Shown here piece after piece: positions 28,192 to 38,516 of a DNA stretch of 64,000 nucleotides (position 1 is the stretch's first letter; every line of letters begins with the position of its first letter). The translations under genes and the position numbers were made by a program. The stretch comes from Candidatus Binatia bacterium. Its GTDB lineage: Bacteria; Desulfobacterota; Binatia; HRBIN30. The notes beneath the pieces are model-generated. The model had not been told where the DNA came from. It saw nothing but the letters and a program-made list of their open reading frames with translations, and did no database searches. Location of the stretch: assembly GCA_038245295.1 (NCBI GenBank), contig JBBRSP010000028.1, forward strand, positions 1 through 64,000, written 5' to 3'.

Positions 28192-28389
28192 GCCCTACTC
28201 CTCTCGGCGCTACCGAACTTCGTCGAGCCGACTTGTGTCGGCTCGACGCGTAACCAATGGAACTTCGGAGTGAGTTGCGGGTCCCGGGTACTATAGCGAT
28301 CGCCAGCAAGTCAACGTCCACCTCATTCGTTCGGCTACTTGATCTTACGAGTTTTCCTTACGCAAGCAGGATCGACGACGGAGTGGCAG

Positions 28390-30366
28390 TCACTTGCCGA
28401 GACGCATCAACGCACCCGACTCGAAGATCGTCGGATCAATCGGCAAACGCCGGATATAGGTTCCCTTCTCGGTGACCCGTGCGCCGCCGAGGCTGGCGCG
28501 ATTCATCTTGAAGTTCTCCGCGACGTTCCACGGTCGCGGCTCGCACTCGAGGGATTCAGCATCGGCTTGCGCTCCGGTCACCTGGTTGATGCGACCCAAG
28601 ACCTGGTAGGTCGAGATATGATCGCCGGTCCAGGCAAACTTGCGGTGATACGAGCCGTCCCACGTTTCCGCGTCGATCCACAACTCGATACGTCCGAAGA
28701 GGTAGTACTTGTCGCGCGGCCGGCCTTCGACGATCCACACCGGCCGGCGCGCCAGCACCGCCGAAGGCATCGCCCACGGAACGCCCGTCCAGCCCTTCAT
28801 CTCGAAGCCGTAGTAATTGGTCTCCTTGCCGACGACTTCCCAACCACCGCCGGGGACAGGCTGCGGCTTGCAACTGCCGGAGACGGCGTCGGGATCGAGC
28901 AGGCGCAATGCGTCGCGTTGTTCGACCAGCTTCCAATCGAACTCCTGCGGTTTGCCGTCGAAGAAGTTGCCATCGTCGGCACAGACGTCGGTGCCGAGAT
29001 ATCCATCCGAACGGTTGGCCGGACTGACGGCGCGGACGCGGCGCAGCGCCGGCACAAAGGCCCAGTTGGAATCGCGCTTCTCGGGATCGTGATAACGCCA
29101 GGTCAGCGACGCCGTTCCTTGCAAGTCAGCCGGCGCCAACACGAAGCCGAGGAACTGTTCCTGCAAGTCGAGAGGATTCTCGGCCGGCCGGTACTTCGGC
29201 GAGGCGCCCTGGTAATACAGGTACCAACCTTCGGCGGCGAGTTGTCGCTCGACACCTTTGGCGCTCATCATCACCAAGCGGTTGTGGGTATGGACATTGC
29301 CTTCGTACCAGACGGCGACGGCCTGATTCCAAACCACTTTGACACCCGCCTTCGGATCTTTGATGTCGATGTTCGGGAACGGAATGCCGTAAAGGTACGG
29401 CGGTTGTTGTCCGGTGGACTTGTCGATGATCGTGCCGCGATCGTCGACGGTGAACCGATCGGCGTTGGCCTTGGTGGCAGCGACCCACGCCGCCTCCCAC
29501 CGCGGTCCACCCGACGGGTAACTGACGATCTTGTTGCGATACCCACCCTGCTCGTAATGTCGCAGGATTTCCGGTGGCAACAGATCCTGGGCCAGCTGAG
29601 CGTTCTCCCGCCCAAGCGTGTCACCCGGATGGAGTGCGCCGGCCGCCGCCGGTTCCTTCTTCTCGACCTCGGGCGGGATGGTTGGTGTCGCCGCGACCGC
29701 CGCAGTCTTGGTGGCCTTTAGAGCGGTTGCCGTCGCCGCGGCCGTGGTCGCCGATGTTGGCGAAGCTATCGCGGCACGAGTCGTCGGTGTCGCGGCTTTT
29801 TCGACCGCCGTTTTCGCGGCGACGGTCGGCACGGCAGTCGGCGGCTTGGGCGGCGCCGCGACCGGCTCAGAGGCTGGCTTGGCGGCGGCCGCGGCACCAC
29901 CGGCTGCAACGACAGCAGCGCTCCATACCCATCCGTCCTCTCCCTGTGCTGTGCGCACATGGTAGAACCCGCGGGTCGGTGCCGGATCCACCAAGTCCAG
30001 TGTCTCCCCTTCGTTCAGCATGCGAACCGGAGCTTGCCGGGTCGACGCGTCACTTCGCAGGCTGGCCCCCTGCAGAAGTTGCAGTCGCGCACCTTCGGTG
30101 CCGGCGAGCCGATCAAGGCGCACGTTGCGCGCCCACGCCCAGCCGGTTTCATCTTTCCTGGTGTGGACCTTGTAGTAGCCGTTTTCGAACACCAAACCCG
30201 GAAGGTCTACGGGTTCTCCCGCAGGCAACAATCGCAGTGGCTGTCGGTTCATTGACGCATCGGGTCGCAGGTTGGAGTTTCTTTTGATTACCGCTGTTTG
30301 CGCGCTTGCCGCGCCCACCCCACGTATAATCGAGGCTCCTACCAGCACACGTCGAACGATTGGCAT
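28390..30366 (-). CDS. DUF1329-family exported protein with two N-terminal SH3b-like domains and Ala/Thr/Pro linker
   Basis: NLR...GYYKV...GWAW and SLR...GFYHV...GWVW repeats; YGIPFP, WAFVPALRRVR, ELWIDAE. Confidence 0.78.
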   Translation of the reverse strand: MPIVRRVLVGASIIRGVGAASAQTAVIKRNSNLRPDASMNRQPLRLLPAGEPVDLPGLVFENGYYKVHTRKDETGWAWARNVRLDRLAGTEGARLQLLQGASLRSDASTRQAPVRMLNEGETLDLVDPAPTRGFYHVRTAQGEDGWVWSAAVVAAGGAAAAAKPASEPVAAPPKPPTAVPTVAAKTAVEKAATPTTRAAIASPTSATTAAATATALKATKTAAVAATPTIPPEVEKKEPAAAGALHPGDTLGRENAQLAQDLLPPEILRHYEQGGYRNKIVSYPSGGPRWEAAWVAATKANADRFTVDDRGTIIDKSTGQQPPYLYGIPFPNIDIKDPKAGVKVVWNQAVAVWYEGNVHTHNRLVMMSAKGVERQLAAEGWYLYYQGASPKYRPAENPLDLQEQFLGFVLAPADLQGTASLTWRYHDPEKRDSNWAFVPALRRVRAVSPANRSDGYLGTDVCADDGNFFDGKPQEFDWKLVEQRDALRLLDPDAVSGSCKPQPVPGGGWEVVGKETNYYGFEMKGWTGVPWAMPSAVLARRPVWIVEGRPRDKYYLFGRIELWIDAETWDGSYHRKFAWTGDHISTYQVLGRINQVTGAQADAESLECEPRPWNVAENFKMNRASLGGARVTEKGTYIRRLPIDPTIFESGALMRLGK

Positions 30367-30528
30367 TGGACCATCTCCCCTTCCCTAGATGCTCCCCAAG
30401 TCCGCCTCGGTGGCGTGCGCTACCATCTTTTGGCAGCCGAGGGCAATCTGTAGGCGGTCACTCCTTGACCTTCGCCCAGCCAACCAGCATCCTGCGCCAC
30501 CCATGCTCCAAGCGAAACGAGAAGACGA

Positions 30529-31740
30529 ATGCTGACCCGCCGCGAATTTCATCACCTATCGCTGCTCACGGTCGCCGGATTGTTCGGTTGCCGTTCGTCG
30601 TCCGACTACACCCCGGCCGATATTGCCAATCTTGATAACCAGAAGCAGCGCGAGGCGACTCAATCGGGCCACGGACCGTTCGGTCGGCTGCGCTTCGACG
30701 GTTATCGCGGTCTCAGCAAACTGCCCTACTTCGACATGGGCGATGACGGATTCCTGCACACCAAGATCGACTTGCCCGAGGTCATCGATTTTCACGCTCA
30801 CCTTGGATGGTCCTACCTGTTCGCACCACGCGTCGACCTGAAGCGGCGCACCGAACGGACGCAGTACCTCATGGATTGTGATGCGCAGACGCCGCCCTGC
30901 CCGCTCGACCTGGATGTGTACGTCAACGCCAACTTCTCAGAGTCGATGCACGAACAATTGCAGAACGAGACCGTCCGCAGTTTGACGTTCGGCAGTAGCG
31001 CCGCAGCCACACATACAGCACCCAACCTGATCGCCGAAATGCAAGCCGCGAAGGTGAGCCGAGCCGCGATCCTTCCGATTGCGCCCGGGCTGCCGTTCAG
31101 CGGTGACCCAACGCTACAGGTTCTCGACGTCATCGCGGCGCTCGGCCTGTCGGAACCGCTGATCCCGTTCGCCTCGGTGCATCCGCACGCCTCGAACAAG
31201 ATCGAGCAGCTGCGCCAGTACAAGGCACGCGGCGTCCGCGGCGTAAAACTGCACCCGGAAATGCAACGCTTCTTTCCAGACGAACGCGGCGCCCTGGAGA
31301 TCTACGAAGAGTGCGGCAAACTCGACCTACCGATCATTTTCCACGCCGGACGCTCGGGGATTGAGCCGGAGTTCATGCGGCCCTACGCTTTGATTCGACG
31401 GTACGATCGCGGCATGGCCGACTTCCCCCATGTGAGGTTCGTCCTTGGTCACGCCGGCGCTCGCGACGTCGCCGACGCCATCCCGATCGCCCAGAAACAT
31501 GACAATGTCTGGCTTGAGCTATCGAGCCAGGGCGTCACACAGATCCACGAGTTGTTGCAACAGGTGGGCAGTGGCAAGTTACTGTACGGCACCGATTGGC
31601 CATTCTACCCGCTGGCGGTCGCCCTGGCGAAAGTACTGTTGGTAACCGAGGGGGACGCGACCGCGCGCACCGCCATTCTCGGTGGAAACGCCAAGCAGCT
31701 GCTGACGAGTCGTGTCACTGTGGCGCTCCCCGTGCCTTGA
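30529..31740 (+). CDS. amidohydrolase-2 family protein with Tat/lipoprotein signal
   Basis: MLTRREF...GLFGC; IDFHAH, VKLHP, FHAG, LGHAG, YGTDWP. Confidence 0.85.
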   Translation: MLTRREFHHLSLLTVAGLFGCRSSSDYTPADIANLDNQKQREATQSGHGPFGRLRFDGYRGLSKLPYFDMGDDGFLHTKIDLPEVIDFHAHLGWSYLFAPRVDLKRRTERTQYLMDCDAQTPPCPLDLDVYVNANFSESMHEQLQNETVRSLTFGSSAAATHTAPNLIAEMQAAKVSRAAILPIAPGLPFSGDPTLQVLDVIAALGLSEPLIPFASVHPHASNKIEQLRQYKARGVRGVKLHPEMQRFFPDERGALEIYEECGKLDLPIIFHAGRSGIEPEFMRPYALIRRYDRGMADFPHVRFVLGHAGARDVADAIPIAQKHDNVWLELSSQGVTQIHELLQQVGSGKLLYGTDWPFYPLAVALAKVLLVTEGDATARTAILGGNAKQLLTSRVTVALPVP

Positions 31741-31844
31741 CGCGAAACGACGCAGATTGGCAAATCGTCCATTCTGTTCCGCTCCGATCGCTATTTTCGC
31801 GCCTATCGACACCCTTGGACGATACCCATCGCGCTAAGGCGAGG

Positions 31845-31860
31845 TGGCATGTGCGTTGCT
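31845..31860 (+). promoter_or_regulatory. sigma-54 -24/-12 promoter
   Basis: TGGCATG-TGCG-TTGCT matches the consensus spacing, just upstream of the kinase gene. Confidence 0.6.
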
Positions 31861-31873
31861 GAAGCAATGGCCA

Positions 31874-33139
31874 ATGGATGTATTGGAGTCCAAACAACGT
31901 AGCATCGTGCTGCTGCGTTGGGCGCTGATCTTGGCCTTCGGCTACCTGACGGTGGTCGATGCCGCGGCCAGCAACCAGGTAACCGGCCTGGCGATTCTCC
32001 TGGTCCTGGCACTCGGCTCGAATCTCCTGTTGGCGCGTTTTCCAAGCAGCTGGGTCCCAAGCCGTTGGTTCGATATCGGCCTGGTGTTGTTCGACTCCGC
32101 CTGGGTAACACTCGGCCTCTTGTGGGCCCCGCAGAGCTCGAGCGATCTCTTCCTTCTGTACTTCTTCGTCATCTTTGTTGCGGCGGTGGGCGAATCACTC
32201 AAAGTCATCGTTGGAAGCGCCGCATTGGTCAGCGTCGTATACACGCTGATGCTGTCGAGCCAATCGGCCAACGGAATCGGAACGACGGCGCTGCTGCGGA
32301 TCCCCTTCTTATTCGCCGTCGCTCTCTTTTATGGGTATTTCGTCACAAAGATCCGCGACGAGCGGCGGCAGGCAAACGAGTCGCACCTACGAGAGCGTGC
32401 CCGTATCGATTTTCTCGCAGCGACGAGTCACGACCTGCACGGACCTCTAGGCAATGCGCAGAGTATGCTCGAGCTGGCGCTCGACGTGGCATCGTCGGAA
32501 ACGGTCGATCGAGAGCTCTTGATGCGCGCCCAGGTCAACGTGCAACGCGTAAACTCTCTCGTCTCAAATCTGTTTCAGGCCGCCTGCCTGGAGGCGGGTG
32601 AGGTGCAGCTGCGCATCGCGCCGATGGAGATCAGTCCGATCATCCGGGATGTCCTGCAGAACAGCCAGGTGGCGGCGCAAGTCAAAAGCATTCGACTGTC
32701 GGAGCTGCTGGAACCTCGATTACCACTGGTGGCCGTTGACCAACTGCAGCTCGGCCGCATTCTGTCGAACCTGGTCGACAACGCCATCAAGTATACGGCT
32801 CCTGGCGGCAGCGTCGTGGTCAGCGCCGAAGCGACACACAAGGACCTGCACATTCGTGTCACCGATTCCGGTCGCGGCATGACCACCGAGGAATGTGCCG
32901 CCATCTTTGCGGCCTATCGACGCGTCAACCTGGACGACTACACACCCGGAACCGGCCTTGGCTTGTCGATTGCCAAGCAACTCGCCGAGGCACTTGGCGG
33001 ATCGATTTGTGTTGCGAGTGAGCTCGGCGCCGGTTCGACCTTCGAGGTTAGGTTGCCGCGCGTCGATGCGCGTCTCGATCAAGGCGAGCGACGCGCCTTG
33101 ACGCCGGCCGTCATGGCAACAGTTACGAATCGCGCCTGA
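31874..33139 (+). CDS. membrane sensor histidine kinase (orphan)
   Basis: multi-TM N-terminus; SHDLHGPL, NLVDNAIKYT, DSGRG, GTGLGL. Confidence 0.92.
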   Translation: MDVLESKQRSIVLLRWALILAFGYLTVVDAAASNQVTGLAILLVLALGSNLLLARFPSSWVPSRWFDIGLVLFDSAWVTLGLLWAPQSSSDLFLLYFFVIFVAAVGESLKVIVGSAALVSVVYTLMLSSQSANGIGTTALLRIPFLFAVALFYGYFVTKIRDERRQANESHLRERARIDFLAATSHDLHGPLGNAQSMLELALDVASSETVDRELLMRAQVNVQRVNSLVSNLFQAACLEAGEVQLRIAPMEISPIIRDVLQNSQVAAQVKSIRLSELLEPRLPLVAVDQLQLGRILSNLVDNAIKYTAPGGSVVVSAEATHKDLHIRVTDSGRGMTTEECAAIFAAYRRVNLDDYTPGTGLGLSIAKQLAEALGGSICVASELGAGSTFEVRLPRVDARLDQGERRALTPAVMATVTNRA

Positions 33140-34265
33140 CTTTAGAAGCGACAGCCATCACAAACCGGTCGATGTCGTTCTCGCTCGTGTAGATATGCGG
33201 GGCAACGCGAATGCCACCGCCGCGGACGCGCACGACGAAGCCGCGCTGATCCAGGGCATTGGCCATGCCTTGAGGGTCGCCGGCACCGCGAAACACAACA
33301 ATCCCCGACCGCGCGTCGTTCTCCCAAGGGCTGATGATCTCGGCACCTTGGCGACGCAGGGCCTCGGCAAGCCGATCGGTGAGCTCGAACAGTCTTGATT
33401 CGATGACCGACGGACCAATCTCGAGCAGTAAATCCACCGCCGCCCCCAAGGCGTGGGTACTGAGATGGGAGGGGCTTCCCGGTTCGAACCTGGCGGCGTC
33501 CGATCGCGCCGGGTCAAAGTGATAGGGCAGATACGTTTCGGTATCGACGACGCTTTTCCAGCCGTGCAAGACCGAAGAGACGCGCTCGAGGGCGCGCTGT
33601 GCAACATACAGAAAGCCGCAGCCTTCGGGCCCGAGAAGCCACTTGTGTCCGCCGACGGCGAGACAGTCGATGCCGCTTGCCTCGACGTCGAGTTGCAGCG
33701 CGCCGACGCCCTGGATTCCATCAACACAAAAGAGGATTCCCTGGGCCCGGCACAACGCCCCCAAGGCGGCGAGATCGGTGCGTGCACCGCTACTCCAGTC
33801 GACGAAGCTGACGCTGACGACACGCGTCCGCGCATCAATACAGTGGCGAATGTCGTCGACATGAGCGCGGCCGCGACGCGTCGGCGCGAGGCGTGTTTCG
33901 ACGTCCCAGCGCCGCAGCCCAAACCAGGGATAGACGTTGGATGGATACTCGCCGTCAATCGCGACGACGTTGTCGCCAGGCTGCCACTCGAGACCAGCGG
34001 CGACGAGGGAAAGTCCTTCGGACGTATTCTTGACGAACGCGACTTCCGTCGACTGGGCACCAATCAGGCGCGCAACGGCGGCGCGGATCTCTTCGGTTCG
34101 GTCCTCCCATCCCCGCTGCGTGGCTTCGTCGGAGACCAGTGCCTCCTGCACAAATCGTTGCACCGCCACCGCAACACGCCGCGAGATCGGCGATACGCCG
34201 GCGGAATTGAGGTGGGTGAGCTTTTCGGTGATGGGGAACTCGCGGCGTAGCTGTTGCCAATCCAT
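33123..34265 (-). CDS. class V PLP aminotransferase-fold enzyme
   Basis: HLNSAG, NTSEG, VDGIQ, GGHKWLLGPEG. Confidence 0.9.
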   Translation of the reverse strand: MDWQQLRREFPITEKLTHLNSAGVSPISRRVAVAVQRFVQEALVSDEATQRGWEDRTEEIRAAVARLIGAQSTEVAFVKNTSEGLSLVAAGLEWQPGDNVVAIDGEYPSNVYPWFGLRRWDVETRLAPTRRGRAHVDDIRHCIDARTRVVSVSFVDWSSGARTDLAALGALCRAQGILFCVDGIQGVGALQLDVEASGIDCLAVGGHKWLLGPEGCGFLYVAQRALERVSSVLHGWKSVVDTETYLPYHFDPARSDAARFEPGSPSHLSTHALGAAVDLLLEIGPSVIESRLFELTDRLAEALRRQGAEIISPWENDARSGIVVFRGAGDPQGMANALDQRGFVVRVRGGGIRVAPHIYTSENDIDRFVMAVASKVRRDS

Positions 34266-34384
34266 TCCGACTCTCTATCGGGTCGGCGCGCCGGAGCAAA
34301 GCGGTGTGATTTCCACGGCGGTGATTGGACGGACGCGAGTGGAAGTCAATTGACACCTGACGTCAACGTCGATAGCGGCAGACC

Positions 34385-35296
34385 ATGCGTATCGTCGTTT
34401 CCGAAAATGAAGCTGGCATGCGGGTCGATACGCTGGTGGCGCGCACGTTGCCGCATGGATCAAGACGTCAGGCTGCGGAAGCAATTGCGGCGGGGCAGAT
34501 ACGCATCAACGAAAGGCGCTGCCGTAAAGGTGCCTTCGCAGCGACCGGCGACGTCATCGACATCGCCGAGAGTGCCGCCGCACCACCAACGGTGATCCCC
34601 AATTCGAATTTGCCGGTGACCGTCCTTTACGAGGACCAAGCTTTGATCGCCATCGATAAGCCCGCCGGGATGCCATCGTATCCGTTACGCGCGGATGAGA
34701 TCAACACGGCAGCCAACTTCCTCATGGCATATGATGCGCGACAGGCTGGGGTGGCGACGGCGCTCGAGGCCGGACTCGTGCATCGGTTGGACACCGATAC
34801 CTCAGGAGTTCTCCTGGCGGCCCGCACGGCCGACGCGTATGCCGAGCTGCGGCGCCAATTTCGCGAACGTTCGATTCTCAAGCGCTACACCGCACTGGTG
34901 CAAGGAATCATCGAACAGGGCGGCGAGATCGTCATCCCCCTTGAGCCGAGTGGCAAGAACTCACAACGCATGCGGCCGGCGCGCACGCCGAACGACGGCC
35001 GCGCAGCACTCACCATCTACCGGCCCTTGCGGCGCTTCGCCGCGCATACGTTGCTGGAAGTCGAAATTGTAACCGGCGTCATGCATCAGATCCGCGCCCA
35101 TTTGGGAGCGATCGGACATCCGGTTGCGGCGGATGGACTCTATGGTGGGCTGCCACTGGGTGGCCTGACGCGGCACTTCCTGCATGCCACCCGGTTAGGC
35201 ATCCAACATCCCCTCACGCATCGCGCGTTGGAAATAAACAGCCCGCTACCGGCCGAGTTGGAGGCGGTGCTGCGCTCGCTGGAACAGGTCAGCTAG
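34385..35296 (+). CDS. RluA-family pseudouridine synthase with S4 domain
   Basis: DKPAG, VHRLDTDTSG, TGVMHQIRAH, FLHA. Confidence 0.92.
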   Translation: MRIVVSENEAGMRVDTLVARTLPHGSRRQAAEAIAAGQIRINERRCRKGAFAATGDVIDIAESAAAPPTVIPNSNLPVTVLYEDQALIAIDKPAGMPSYPLRADEINTAANFLMAYDARQAGVATALEAGLVHRLDTDTSGVLLAARTADAYAELRRQFRERSILKRYTALVQGIIEQGGEIVIPLEPSGKNSQRMRPARTPNDGRAALTIYRPLRRFAAHTLLEVEIVTGVMHQIRAHLGAIGHPVAADGLYGGLPLGGLTRHFLHATRLGIQHPLTHRALEINSPLPAELEAVLRSLEQVS

Positions 35297-35308
35297 GCGC
35301 GGGCGAGC

Positions 35309-35659
35309 TCAGGCGGCTTTGCCCTTACCTTTGGATTTCGAGCAGGACGAGCAGATATTCTGCAGATTGTTGGGATCCTCAACCAGTCCCTCGTCCATGT
35401 TGTGACAGATCTTCCGGCACTCGAAGCAGATGAAGTAGATTCCTTCGATCGTCTTATTGATGCGTTCGCGATTCAGGATACGACCTTTGAGCTTGGCCAC
35501 ACGGATGCCCAGGAGGTCTTCATACTGACGCTTGATCTTGCGACGTCCGGCTTCGTCTTTGGGAAGATCTCCCTCTTCCTCGGCTTCCGGCCCGCCCTCG
35601 TCTTCGAAGATTCGCAATCCCTTCTTCGAGGACTTCTCCTTTTTCGGCGTACGACCCAT
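35309..35659 (-). CDS. hypothetical charged protein with C-terminal Cys cluster (zinc-finger-like)
   Basis: CFECRKIC...CSSC. Confidence 0.75.
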   Translation of the reverse strand: MGRTPKKEKSSKKGLRIFEDEGGPEAEEEGDLPKDEAGRRKIKRQYEDLLGIRVAKLKGRILNRERINKTIEGIYFICFECRKICHNMDEGLVEDPNNLQNICSSCSKSKGKGKAA

Positions 35660-35680
35660 GGAGCTGGTTCCGGTATCTTT

Positions 35681-35848
35681 TTAGCGTGTGCGCTGCGAGT
35701 AACCGCAGTTCTTCTCACACACCCAGAAGAAGCCGCGCGGCCCAAAACCGGTGTACATCGTCACCTTCGCTTCGCTTTTGCAGCTGGGGCAAAGGCGCTT
35801 TTGAATCGGTGATGACTTTTCTGCTGTTTTTGCTTTTTTCTCGGCCAT
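35681..35848 (-). CDS. small zinc-ribbon-like protein (55 aa), not in ORF track
   Basis: AGGAGG RBS; MAEKKAKTAEKSSPIQKRLCPSCKSEAKVTMYTGFGPRGFFWVCEKNCGYSQRTR. Confidence 0.78.
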   Translation of the reverse strand: MAEKKAKTAEKSSPIQKRLCPSCKSEAKVTMYTGFGPRGFFWVCEKNCGYSQRTR

Positions 35849-35905
35849 TGCCGTACCTCCTAATTACACGGGCTCTCGGGTAGAGCCCTCCGAGCTAGGC
35901 CGGGG

Positions 35906-35934
35906 GCACTAGCCAAGCGGGCGCGGGGTGTCAA
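35906..35934 (-). promoter_or_regulatory. putative sigma-70 promoter
   Basis: TTGACA-N17-TAGTGC upstream of the 55-aa ORF. Confidence 0.45.
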
Positions 35935-35969
35935 TTCATCGGAAGTGCGGCGCCAGTCGCGAACATGGC

Positions 35970-38516
35970 TCATTCCGTCTGGCATGCCTGGTTGCAACCG
36001 TCGCCGTTGACGCGACCGCCGTCGTCACAGGTTTCATGGTCGCTCTCGATGATTCCGTTGCCGCAGGTGCTGGGGCGACACTGCAGCACCAGCGAGTCCG
36101 CATCAACCTTGCCGGATGCCAACGTGGCGTTGAGGCGCAGCGGACGCAACGCAGGCTTTGGGCCGGAGGCTGCCAGTCGTAGCGGCACCACGATTGGCAG
36201 GCCCGGACTGCAACGGTTGCTCGGCGTGTACAGCGCGCCGATGTGCGTCGGCACGCCCGAGCGGTAGATCGTCAGGTTGAACCCGCTTCCTGAAAACGCC
36301 CCTTCGACCGTCGACAGGTTGGCGATGTCGGCTACGTCGGTACTGAGAGGCTTCGGACGTTTAACCTCGACCGCCGTTACGCCCGGGCTGTTGCACTCCA
36401 AGTAGCGCGGGTCGGAGTTGTTCAAACAGATGTAAGTCGTAAACGTGCATTGTTTATTGGTGAGGTCCGGATCACTGTCGCAGCGCGGATCACCTTCCCA
36501 ACAAACGGCGCGATTCTTCGGGATCCCCTGTTTCGTCAAAGCCGGCACCGGTTGCACGAGCCATTCGACGCTGCAGTCGGTCAGCTTCGGGCCGCGTCCA
36601 GGCACACATTGGTTGCCCGGGGCGCTGCCGACACACGGTGGCGTGACTGTCACTGTCGGGGTTGCCGTATTCGTTACGGACGGCACACCGGTCGACGTGA
36701 TCGACGGCGTCGCCGTCACCGTCGGTGTATTCGTCACCGTCGACGTGGCTGTTGCCGTGAGGGTCGGGGTTGAGGTGCGTGTCGGCGTCACCGTGCGCGT
36801 GCTCGTCTGTGTCGGCGTGTTTGTACGAGTGTTGGTTGGCGTCCGTGTGACCGTCGGCGTTTTCGTCGGCGTTGACGTGCTTGTAGGTGTTTCCGTCGGG
36901 CTGTCGGTCGGCGTCTCGGTGTGAGTCGGAGTATCGGTCACCGTCGGGGTTTGAGTGACGGTCGCGGTCACCGTAGGCGTCGAGCTGATCAGCGGCGTAT
37001 TCGTCGAGGTCGGCGTTGCGGTCGACGGCGGCGTCGGCGTTGAAGTTGCCGTCGCGGTCGGCAGCGGCGTGTTGGTGATGGTCGATGTCGGCGTGAACGT
37101 GAAGGTCGCGGTCGGCAGCGGCGTATCGGTCGATGTCGGCGTTGGCGTGCTCGTGAAAGTCGACGTGGCGGTCATCGTCGGCGTCGCATTCGACTTCACG
37201 ATGGTCAATGTGTCGAAGACCGCATTGTTGTTGTCGATCGCCTGCATCGTCAGCGTCGTGTTGTTGACGATTCGCACGGCGACGTGCTGGAACTTCGAGA
37301 AAGAACAATATTGCCCACCGACGCCGTTGGCGCAGGTGTTGGAGACCCACGGGCAATAGGACTTCGAGCCGAAGGGTGGCGAGCGGTAGGCGCCGCCGCC
37401 GTCCGAGCTGCAAGCGCCGTCCAGCGATGAGCCACCGCCGCCGGTCATGATATACCGGGTGCCTCGGCCATCGCTGCCCTTCGAGCCGTTTTGGAGATAC
37501 TCGTCCCAGAACTTGCTGCGCTCGTAGCCATGGTCGTGACCGGTGAAAACGATATCAACGCCATAGTATTCGAACAGCGGCGAGAACAACGCCTGGACGC
37601 TCGTGTTGCTTCCGAACGATGCAAGCCCGTCGGCACAAGAATACGGAGTCTGGTGCAAGAAGACGAAAACCCATTTCCGTGTATTGGCTTGCAGGTCGGC
37701 CTCAAGCCAGTCGTGTTGTTGTGACGTCAACGCGGGAGGATTGACGTCGAGCCCGATGAAGTGGGCATCCCCGTTGTCGAACGACCACCAGCGTTCCTCT
37801 TGGCCGGCGGGCGCGTTGCGCGGGAGTTGGAAGAGCTTGATCTCGACGGAGTTCGCCCAGTTGCTCGCCCCGGCGCTATTTAGATCGTGATTACCCAGGG
37901 TCGGCATGAAGAGGGCGCGTTTGAATGGGTTTGAGTAGTACGGCAGGTTGTTGTCCCAGTCGCTCTGCGTACCGTTCGTGTAGACATTGTCGCCGACCGT
38001 CAGGATCATCGGCGGGTCGGAGGCATTTTGGTTGTTCGACACCTGCTGCTCGGCGGTGCTCTGTTGGCCCCAGTCGCCGACGACAGTGAAGAAGTGATCG
38101 GTCGGGTCTCCCGGAGCGCGCATCGTCGTAAAGTAGATGCCCGACGAGACGGCCTGCACGACCGCGCCGTTGGTCTTCAGTTGATAGAAATATTTCGTAT
38201 TCGCGCTCAGTCCCGTGAGCGTCACGGAGTGACAGGTACCGGCGCTACCGATTTCGCAACTCCCCGTTTGCGCGACGGTCGCCGTGGAGCCGAGGCCCGT
38301 CGTGGTGCCGTATTCGACGCTGCTATCGCCGGCGCTGCTGGTCCACCAAACGATCGTCATCTTAGAGGTGACGGCATCGGGGTTCTGGATGAACGGCCCG
38401 CGGCTAAGGGTTTGCCCCAGCGCCGACCAGGCACAACCGGCCACCAGGCTCACGACCAAGGCAGAGTGCCATGCTGCACGTTTGATTCGCCGCGCCGGTA
38501 TAGTGATCACCAACAA
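35970..38516 (-). CDS. secreted purple-acid-phosphatase-type metallophosphoesterase with Pro/Thr linker and Cys-rich C-terminus
   Basis: GDWG, GDNVY, GNHD, GHDH; long PT tract; terminal CGNG...ETCDDG...GDGC repeat. Confidence 0.88.
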   Translation of the reverse strand: MLVITIPARRIKRAAWHSALVVSLVAGCAWSALGQTLSRGPFIQNPDAVTSKMTIVWWTSSAGDSSVEYGTTTGLGSTATVAQTGSCEIGSAGTCHSVTLTGLSANTKYFYQLKTNGAVVQAVSSGIYFTTMRAPGDPTDHFFTVVGDWGQQSTAEQQVSNNQNASDPPMILTVGDNVYTNGTQSDWDNNLPYYSNPFKRALFMPTLGNHDLNSAGASNWANSVEIKLFQLPRNAPAGQEERWWSFDNGDAHFIGLDVNPPALTSQQHDWLEADLQANTRKWVFVFLHQTPYSCADGLASFGSNTSVQALFSPLFEYYGVDIVFTGHDHGYERSKFWDEYLQNGSKGSDGRGTRYIMTGGGGSSLDGACSSDGGGAYRSPPFGSKSYCPWVSNTCANGVGGQYCSFSKFQHVAVRIVNNTTLTMQAIDNNNAVFDTLTIVKSNATPTMTATSTFTSTPTPTSTDTPLPTATFTFTPTSTITNTPLPTATATSTPTPPSTATPTSTNTPLISSTPTVTATVTQTPTVTDTPTHTETPTDSPTETPTSTSTPTKTPTVTRTPTNTRTNTPTQTSTRTVTPTRTSTPTLTATATSTVTNTPTVTATPSITSTGVPSVTNTATPTVTVTPPCVGSAPGNQCVPGRGPKLTDCSVEWLVQPVPALTKQGIPKNRAVCWEGDPRCDSDPDLTNKQCTFTTYICLNNSDPRYLECNSPGVTAVEVKRPKPLSTDVADIANLSTVEGAFSGSGFNLTIYRSGVPTHIGALYTPSNRCSPGLPIVVPLRLAASGPKPALRPLRLNATLASGKVDADSLVLQCRPSTCGNGIIESDHETCDDGGRVNGDGCNQACQTE

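Noticed and set aside
36640..37190. DNA tandem repeat or antisense Val/Gly ORFs
   Set aside because: Explained by the Pro/Thr linker codons of the phosphatase
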